64,000 nt of DNA. Origin: an uncultured Chloroflexia bacterium (lineage in GTDB: Bacteria; Chloroflexota; Limnocylindria; Limnocylindrales; CSP1-4). Both the position numbers and the translations under genes were made by a program. Position 1 is the stretch's first letter; each line of letters begins with the position of its first letter. The DNA lies in the NCBI GenBank assembly GCA_963707215.1, contig CAVPPB010000001.1:1-64000 (forward strand). The letters are read 5' to 3'. Below are positions 58,028 through 64,000 of this stretch, one piece after another. The notes under the pieces are model-generated. The model ran no database searches and was not told the origin of the DNA. It saw only the letters and a list, made by a program, of their open reading frames with translations.

Positions 58028-58926
58028 TCATGCCAGAGGCCGGACATCCGGGCCGCCGCCGACCGGGACGGTCCCCGAGGCGGAACGGCGCGCACGGCGC
58101 CGGCCGCGGTCGGGCCCGCCGAAGGCCAGGCGCTCGAGGCGCTCGAGGCCCGCTGCGCGGTCGAGCGGTGGACACCGGCCCGCTCGGCCAGTTCGCCGAG
58201 AGTGGCCTCGGGCGTCGTCACCCGAGCCTCGGCGACCAGGCGGACCGGACGGGATTGCTCGGCCAACCGACCGTCGGCCGCCAGGACCTCGATCGCCGCG
58301 AGCTGGCGCTCGGCTGCCAGCACGGCCCGCTGCAGATTCGCCGCCTCGGCGTTGAGGACACGGTTCAGCTCGCCGCGGAGCTCCCGCGACACCTGGCGTG
58401 ACTCGAGCTCCAGGACGCTCGCCCCGGCGCCGACCTGCTGCAGGAACTCGGTCACCTGCATCGTGTTCTTCCAGGTGACCACGCCTCGCCCCCGGCGGAC
58501 CCTGGCCGAGGCGGGAAGGCCGATCTCACCGAGCCACTGCGCCAGCTCCGGGGCCTCGGAAGGCTGGACGACGAACTCGAGATGCGTCCGGCCGGAGGCC
58601 AGGCTGAGCGAGCCGCGGGCCAGGAAGCGGCCCCGCAACCACGCCATCCGGCAGTGCTCCGGTGCCCCATCCCAGTCGAATCGGCTCAGCTCGACGGGTC
58701 CGCCGAGCCGATGGACGAGCCGTGCGAGCGGCACGTCGCGCGGGCCGGGGCCATCCCCCAACCCGAGGAGCTGGGCGGTCCGGTCGCAAGCTCGCAGCGG
58801 GTCGATGGCCGCCAGCTCGGCACGGATCGCGGCGACGAGCTCTCGGTCCGGGCGCGCGCTCGGCCGTCGGCGCCCCGCCGCCCCGCCGGCCGTCCGCGAG
58901 TCGCGCCCCTGTTCGGCGCCGCTCAT
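58028..58926 (-). CDS. whiA: DNA-binding protein WhiA, frameshift ~58150
   Basis: LRGRFLARGSL...HLEF, LNRVLNAEAANLQR, EATLGELA; third gene of rapZ-yvcK-whiA. Confidence 0.88.
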
Positions 58927-60269
58927 GCGCTCCGGACCGCCCGGCCACGACGATGCCGGGGCGCCTCTCGCTCGACGAGGCGGATGAGGGACGCCGCCAG
59001 CCGGCCGGGATCGTGGTGATGCGAGTTCGCCGGGTCGACGACGTCATCAAGCACCAGCCGCGGAGCGGCGGTCGCCGGTGGCCAGCGGGGCTGCACCGGG
59101 CGGCCGGTCGCCCCATCCGGGACCAGGGCGTCGAAGTCGCTGTTGGCAAGGACGACGTCGATCAGCTCGGCCCCGGTGTGGGTCACCAGCGCGTCGACGT
59201 GGTCGGCAAGGTCGAGGTCGCTCGTCTCCCCCGGCTGGGTCGCCACGTTGCAGACATAGATCCGGAGCGCCGGCGACGCCGCCACGGCCTCGGCGACTGC
59301 CGGCACGAGCAGCGCGGGGAGGAGGCTGGTGAACAGACTGCCCGGACCAAGGACGATCGCATCAGCGGCAGCGATAGCAGCCAGGGCGTCATCGGACGCC
59401 TCGACGTCGGGAGGCTCGATCCAGACCCGCTCGATCGATCGTGCCCGGGAGATCTGAGACTGGCCCACCAGCTCGCCTCCACCCGCCACCCGCGCATGGA
59501 GAACGACCGGCGTCGGAGAGACCGGCAGCACCCGACCCCGCACGGCGAGGACGCGGTTGACCTGGCGCACGCCCTCCTCGAAGTCGCCGTCCTCGATCGC
59601 CGCCATGGCCGCGATCAGGAGATTGCCCATGGCGTGGCCGGCCAGGGCATCGGCCGGTGCGTCCGCGACCCGCCCGGCCCCGGCCCCGGCCCCGGCCGGG
59701 AAACGGTACTGGAGGAGCGGCCCCATGACCGGTTCGGCGTCGGCCAGGGCCACGATGCAGTTGCGGATGTCCCCGACCGCCGGGATGCCCAGGAACGTGC
59801 GGAGGGCCCCGGACGACCCCCCGTCGTCGGCCACCGTCACGACGGCCGTGAGGTTGCTGGTGTGCTCCTTGAGCCCCCGCAACAACGTCGACAGGCCGGT
59901 CCCACCACCGATCGCCACGACGTTCGGCCCGCGCGCCAGGAAGCGCTTCTGGTAGATCACCTCGACGAGGGCGCGCTCCCCTGGCGCCCGTCGGAGCGGA
60001 TCCGTGACGGCCCTGACCAGGCGGACCGAGCCGAGCGCGAAGAGGCCGAGACCGGCGGTCGCGAGGATGATCCCACGCAGGCCGTAGGGCAGGAACTGCA
60101 GCGTCGCGACGTAGACCAGAGCCTGGAGCGGCCCGTCGACGTCGACCTCACGGTAGATCTGGCGCAGCAAGAGCGCCAGGGCCAGAGCCAGGAGCAACTC
60201 TCCGAGGAAGACGACCACCAGCCAGCGCTTGACGCCGATCCCCGGCCTCAGCCACTGCCGCAGGTTCAT
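58923..60269 (-). CDS. YvcK/GlmR (CofD-like) UDP-GlcNAc-binding protein with N-terminal TM segments
   Basis: [42 protein letters not shown]. Confidence 0.92.
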   Translation of the reverse strand: MNLRQWLRPGIGVKRWLVVVFLGELLLALALALLLRQIYREVDVDGPLQALVYVATLQFLPYGLRGIILATAGLGLFALGSVRLVRAVTDPLRRAPGERALVEVIYQKRFLARGPNVVAIGGGTGLSTLLRGLKEHTSNLTAVVTVADDGGSSGALRTFLGIPAVGDIRNCIVALADAEPVMGPLLQYRFPAGAGAGAGRVADAPADALAGHAMGNLLIAAMAAIEDGDFEEGVRQVNRVLAVRGRVLPVSPTPVVLHARVAGGGELVGQSQISRARSIERVWIEPPDVEASDDALAAIAAADAIVLGPGSLFTSLLPALLVPAVAEAVAASPALRIYVCNVATQPGETSDLDLADHVDALVTHTGAELIDVVLANSDFDALVPDGATGRPVQPRWPPATAAPRLVLDDVVDPANSHHHDPGRLAASLIRLVEREAPRHRRGRAVRSA

Positions 60270-61210
60270 GTCCGCATGAGCTCGCGGTGGAAGACGGCCA
60301 CCCGGACGCGGTCCGTCCGGCGCAGGTGTTCGGCGAGCTCCTCGGTGATGACGATCGAGCGGTGGTAGCCCCCCGTGCACCCGATCGCGATCGTGAGCCT
60401 GGTCCGTCCGTCCGCGGCGTAGGCCGGGGCCAGGAAGTCGAGCAGCTCTTGGGTCAACTCCAGGAAACGGTCGGTCCCGGGCCGGCCGAGCACGAACTCA
60501 CGGACCTGCTCGGTGAGGCCCGACAGCTGCCGCAGTTCGGCTATGTAGTAGGGATTCTCGATGAACCGGACATCGAGCACCAGGTCAGCTTCGAGCGGGA
60601 CGCCGAACTTGAAGCCGAAGCTGATCAGCTGGATGGCCAGTCGATCGTCGACGGGTCCGGCGCCGATCGCCGCGAAGATCCGCTCGCGCAGCTCCCGCAG
60701 CGACAGCTCCGATGTGTCGACGACCACGTCGGCATCCTCCCGGACGGGTCCCAGGAGGTGCCGTTCATAAGCCACCGCATCGGCGATCCCGCGGCCCTCG
60801 GCCAGCGGGTGGCGGTGGCGCGTCTCGGAGAATCGCCGGATGAGCACCTCTTCGCGGGCCTCGAGGAAGAGGATGTCCGGCTGGATGCCACGACCCTCGA
60901 GGGCGCCGCGCATCGCGGCCAGGGCCACCGCGGCATCGCCGGCCCGAACGTCGAGGACGATGGCCACCCGGCTGAATCGCTGGCGGTCATCGGACACCAG
61001 CTCGGCGAGGCCAGGGAGCAGCTCGCCCGGGAGGTTGTCGACGACCGAGTAGCCGAGATCCTCGAAGAGCTTGGAGGCGGCCGTCTTCCCGGCGCCCGAG
61101 AGGCCCGTGATGATGACGACATGGGGCTCGGCCTCGGTCGTCGAACGGCCAGCCCCGGCCAGCGCCTGGGTCGGTGCTCCGGCCTGCTCTGGGTCGTGTT
61201 CGCGCGTCAT
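60266..61210 (-). CDS. rapZ: RNase adaptor RapZ (YvcJ)
   Basis: GLSGAGKT, VDNLP, ETRHRHPL, SFGFKFG, GCTGGYHRS. Confidence 0.95.
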   Translation of the reverse strand: MTREHDPEQAGAPTQALAGAGRSTTEAEPHVVIITGLSGAGKTAASKLFEDLGYSVVDNLPGELLPGLAELVSDDRQRFSRVAIVLDVRAGDAAVALAAMRGALEGRGIQPDILFLEAREEVLIRRFSETRHRHPLAEGRGIADAVAYERHLLGPVREDADVVVDTSELSLRELRERIFAAIGAGPVDDRLAIQLISFGFKFGVPLEADLVLDVRFIENPYYIAELRQLSGLTEQVREFVLGRPGTDRFLELTQELLDFLAPAYAADGRTRLTIAIGCTGGYHRSIVITEELAEHLRRTDRVRVAVFHRELMRT

Positions 61211-61298
61211 CGCCGGCAGTGTACCGCCCGAGGGCCCGGCGACCGCCTGCGGCGACGAGTGCCCGCCAGCCGGACCGGCCGACGGGGCCCGACCTCCC

Positions 61299-62084
61299 CT
61301 AGCGGCCGGTCCGCGCGATGACGAAGGTCGTGCCCTCGTACAGGGCGTACATCGTCAGGCCCAACGCGAACGGGCTGACCAGGTCACCGCCGGGGGTGAT
61401 GACCGCCGCGAACAGGGCGATGCCGAGGATCACGTAGCGACGGGCCGAGCGGAGGATCGGCGAGGTCACGATGCCCGCCCTCGACAGCGCGTAGAGGACG
61501 ATCGGGAACTCCATGACCAGCCCGAAGGCCAGGAACATGGTGGTCACGAAGTCGAAGTACGGGCCGGCCGCGATGTTGGCCACGAGGACGTCGTTCGTGA
61601 AGCTCAGGAGGAACGCCGTGGCATACGGCAGGATCACGTAGGCGAGGCCGACCCCGAGGGCGAAGAAGAGAAGAGCGAAGGGGATCCAGGGTCGGACCAT
61701 CCGTCGCTCCTTCGGGGTCAGGCCGGGCGAGATGAAGGCCCAGCCCTGGTAGAGCAGGATCGGCATCGAGACGATCACCCCGAACACGATCGAGACCTTG
61801 AGGAAGATGAAGAAGCCGTCGCCGGGCCCAAGGACCTGGACAGAACCGGTCGGCAGTGGCTCGATCAGGAAAGCGATGATCCGGTCGGCCAGGAGGAAGC
61901 CGACCACCGTCCCGATCCCGACGCCCAGCAGGGCGCGAAAGAGCCGGGTGCGCAGCTCACCGAGGTGGTCGACAAGGGACATGACCTTGTCATCGCCGGA
62001 TGCCTCCGACGGACCGGGCTCCGGTGGTGTCGAGGGGGCCAGCTCCGGCAGCGTGCCGTCGGTCACCAGCTCAGCGTCGGCCAT
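61299..62084 (-). CDS. tatC: Tat translocase subunit TatC
   Basis: MSLVDHLGELRTRL, FISPGL, FGLVMEFP, ITPGGD. Confidence 0.95.
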   Translation of the reverse strand: MADAELVTDGTLPELAPSTPPEPGPSEASGDDKVMSLVDHLGELRTRLFRALLGVGIGTVVGFLLADRIIAFLIEPLPTGSVQVLGPGDGFFIFLKVSIVFGVIVSMPILLYQGWAFISPGLTPKERRMVRPWIPFALLFFALGVGLAYVILPYATAFLLSFTNDVLVANIAAGPYFDFVTTMFLAFGLVMEFPIVLYALSRAGIVTSPILRSARRYVILGIALFAAVITPGGDLVSPFALGLTMYALYEGTTFVIARTGR

Positions 62085-62106
62085 GGCGGATCGGGTGACG
62101 ACGCGC

Positions 62107-62502
62107 TCAGGTCCTGGGCTGGCTGAGCTCGTTCGGCTGCGGGCTCTCGCTCAGCTCGTTCGGCTGCGACGACTCAGGGGGCTCGGCGGCGGCCGGGGCG
62201 GCTGGCACGGGCTCCGTGGCCGGGGTGGCCGCCGGCGCAGCAGGCTCGGCCGGGGTGGCCGTCTCGACCGGCTGTCCGCCCGCCTCGACCTGGGCAGGTG
62301 CCTGGGTCGTGGCCGTCGGCTCGGCCTTCTTCGGCGCGGTATCGATCTTCGTGGACTCCTGGACGTCGGTCGCAGCCTTCCGGAACTCCCGGATGCTCTT
62401 GCCGAGGGCCGAGCCGACTTCCGGCAGGCGCCCGGGGCCCAGGATGAGCAGGGCGATGACGAGGACGATGACCAGTTCGAGGGGGCCGACGTTGAACGGC
62501 AT
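62107..62502 (-). CDS. tatA: Tat translocase subunit TatA/E
   Basis: GPLELVIVLVIALLILGPGRLPEVGSALGKSIREFRKA. Confidence 0.93.
   Translation of the reverse strand: MPFNVGPLELVIVLVIALLILGPGRLPEVGSALGKSIREFRKAATDVQESTKIDTAPKKAEPTATTQAPAQVEAGGQPVETATPAEPAAPAATPATEPVPAAPAAAEPPESSQPNELSESPQPNELSQPRT
62122..62175. repeat. 27-bp tandem duplication in the tatA tail
   Basis: agctcgttcggctgcg twice, 27 bp apart; encodes QPNELS twice. Confidence 0.8.
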
Positions 62503-62556
62503 GCGCTATGAGACCTCGGGGTTGAGGGCCGCTGACTCGGGCGGCCGCCGACGCGC

Positions 62557-63417
62557 CTACGGTAGCACAGGGAGTCGGAGCGACCAGTCCCGGGCGGCCG
62601 CCGCGACGCGTTCGCCAGGGTCCCCTGCGGGGTCGTCCGGGAGTGCCCCCGAGATGCCGCGCGAGACATTGACCAGCAGGCTCCCGCCGGGACGCCGGGA
62701 CGGCGACCCGGGTGCCGTCGGGCCGGCGTTGAGGACGGGCCCCTCGGACCCACCCTGGGCGCCCACGCCGGGGACCAGGAAGGGCAGCGCGGGAGCCGCT
62801 GCCCGGATGGCGGCAAGCTCGGCTGGGGCCGTGGCACCGACAACGAGGCCGACGGTCCCACCCGGTCCCCAACCGGCGACAGCCCTGGCGACGACGAGAT
62901 GGAGCGGCTCAGCCCCAGGGCCGACCCCATCGCCGACCGCGAGATCCTGCACCTCACCGGCTCCCGGGTTGGACGTCCGACAGAGAACGTAGGCGAACCG
63001 ATCCGGTCGATCGATGAGTGGACCGATCGCCTCACCACCCAGGTAAGGGTTGACGGTGATGGCGTCCGCGCCAAGGGCGTCGTAGAGGGCCGCCGCCTGG
63101 CGCTCCGCTGTGCTGCCGATGTCGGCCCGTTTCGCGTCGGCGATGAACGGGATCGTCGGCGGGACGACGGCCCGGATGCGCTCCAGCACCGCCAGCCCGG
63201 CCGAACCGTGAGCCTCGAAGAAGGCCAGGTTCGCCTTGAATGCCGATGCGACGTCGGCGGAAGCTGCGACGATCAGCCTGCTGAACGCCTCGATGCCGGC
63301 CAGGTCACGGGAGAAGCCGGCCGGCAGGGCATCGGGGTGAGGATCGAGGCCGACGCACAGGACCGTGCCCACGGCCGCCTGGCGCCGGGCCAGCCGATCG
63401 AGGTACGGCGCGGTCAT
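62557..63417 (-). CDS. pyrF: Orotidine-5'-phosphate decarboxylase
   Basis: LCVGLDP, DAKRADIGST, RTSNPG, VPGVGAQGG, NVSR. Confidence 0.95.
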   Translation of the reverse strand: MTAPYLDRLARRQAAVGTVLCVGLDPHPDALPAGFSRDLAGIEAFSRLIVAASADVASAFKANLAFFEAHGSAGLAVLERIRAVVPPTIPFIADAKRADIGSTAERQAAALYDALGADAITVNPYLGGEAIGPLIDRPDRFAYVLCRTSNPGAGEVQDLAVGDGVGPGAEPLHLVVARAVAGWGPGGTVGLVVGATAPAELAAIRAAAPALPFLVPGVGAQGGSEGPVLNAGPTAPGSPSRRPGGSLLVNVSRGISGALPDDPAGDPGERVAAAARDWSLRLPVLP

Positions 63418-64000
63418 GGGCTCGGCGAGGGCGATGGCGCGACCGACGGCGAGGGCGAGGGAGAGGGCGCCGGGAGCTCGCTCGGCGGGATCCACCAGGT
63501 CGGCCGAGACGCCCCGTCCAGGCCGGAGACCTGCGTCAGGTCGATCGTCTCGACGACCTCGAAGGCGGGTCCGGTGCCCTCGACGGTGACCATCCGGAGG
63601 TCGACCAGCTGGCCCTCGATGTGGTGGAACGCGATCGCGTCGCCGCGCGGCGACCAGGCCGGCGACCAGGAGTCGCCGTCGTCGGTCACCCGGAGGACCT
63701 CGGAGCCGTCACGCGCATCGAGGATCACGACGTCCGTGCCGAAGGACGTCGCCTTCGTCGCAGCGATCCAGAGCCCGTCCGGGGAGTAGGTCGGGGCGAG
63801 GTAGCCCGGACCGGTCACCTGGGCGAACTTGGCGTTGGCGGGATCATGGCGCCAGATCGATGGGGCGCCGCGACGGCCATCCCGATCGTTTCGAGCGTAG
63901 ACGAGGACGGTGCCCCGCGGATGCCAGGATGGGTCCTGGTGCCCGAGTGGTGGCGTCTCCGGCACGTCGGCCCGGGTCAGCCGCCTCGCCTCGAGGTCGA
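63414..64000 (-). CDS. TolB-like (PD40) beta-propeller protein, C-terminal part; runs off the window
   Basis: DPSWHPRG, PTYSPDG, PAWSPRG repeats; PS-rich tail. Confidence 0.8.
   Translation of the reverse strand, partial: DLEARRLTRADVPETPPLGHQDPSWHPRGTVLVYARNDRDGRRGAPSIWRHDPANAKFAQVTGPGYLAPTYSPDGLWIAATKATSFGTDVVILDARDGSEVLRVTDDGDSWSPAWSPRGDAIAFHHIEGQLVDLRMVTVEGTGPAFEVVETIDLTQVSGLDGASRPTWWIPPSELPAPSPSPSPSVAPSPSPSP

Noticed and set aside
57817-58150. Long WhiA C-terminal extension overlapping tpiA
   Set aside because: Frameshift artefact; the corrected frame gives ...ALERLERLA and stops at 58028

Overview
High-GC bacterial chromosome segment. Gene content and order point to Chloroflexota, possibly Limnocylindria/Ellin6529-like; this is inference, not a database result. 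It is almost entirely housekeeping genes on the minus strand: rpsB (truncated), yraN-rnhB-rplS-trmD-rimM-khpA-rpsP-ffh, ftsY-smc-rnc-acpP-nusB-plsX-rpmF, coaD-rsmD-recG-fakA, dtd-rpe-rlmN-fmt-def-priA-gmk-rluD-lspA-ileS, ilvE, rpsR-ssb-rpsF, htpX-lemA, secG-gpmA-tpiA-whiA-yvcK-rapZ, tatC-tatA-pyrF, plus eight tRNAs. A small accessory patch (about 44.5-51.4 kb) lies at tRNA 3' ends. The first ~607 bp is AT-rich foreign DNA fused into the middle of rpsB, most likely a chimeric contig end. Single-base frameshifts in conserved genes suggest uncorrected read errors. I found no CRISPR array, integrase, transposase or recognisable defence system. The best novelty candidates are: (1) a secreted SnoaL/NTF2-phosphotriesterase fusion; (2) an unannotated ~170-nt rod-shaped, 6S-like RNA between secG and a peptide-binding protein gene; (3) Rpe fused to an extra ~130-aa C-terminal domain; (4) a type-2 IleRS with GVHH/PMHKS motifs and an insertion; (5) a recurrent extended -10 promoter with many apparently leaderless genes.
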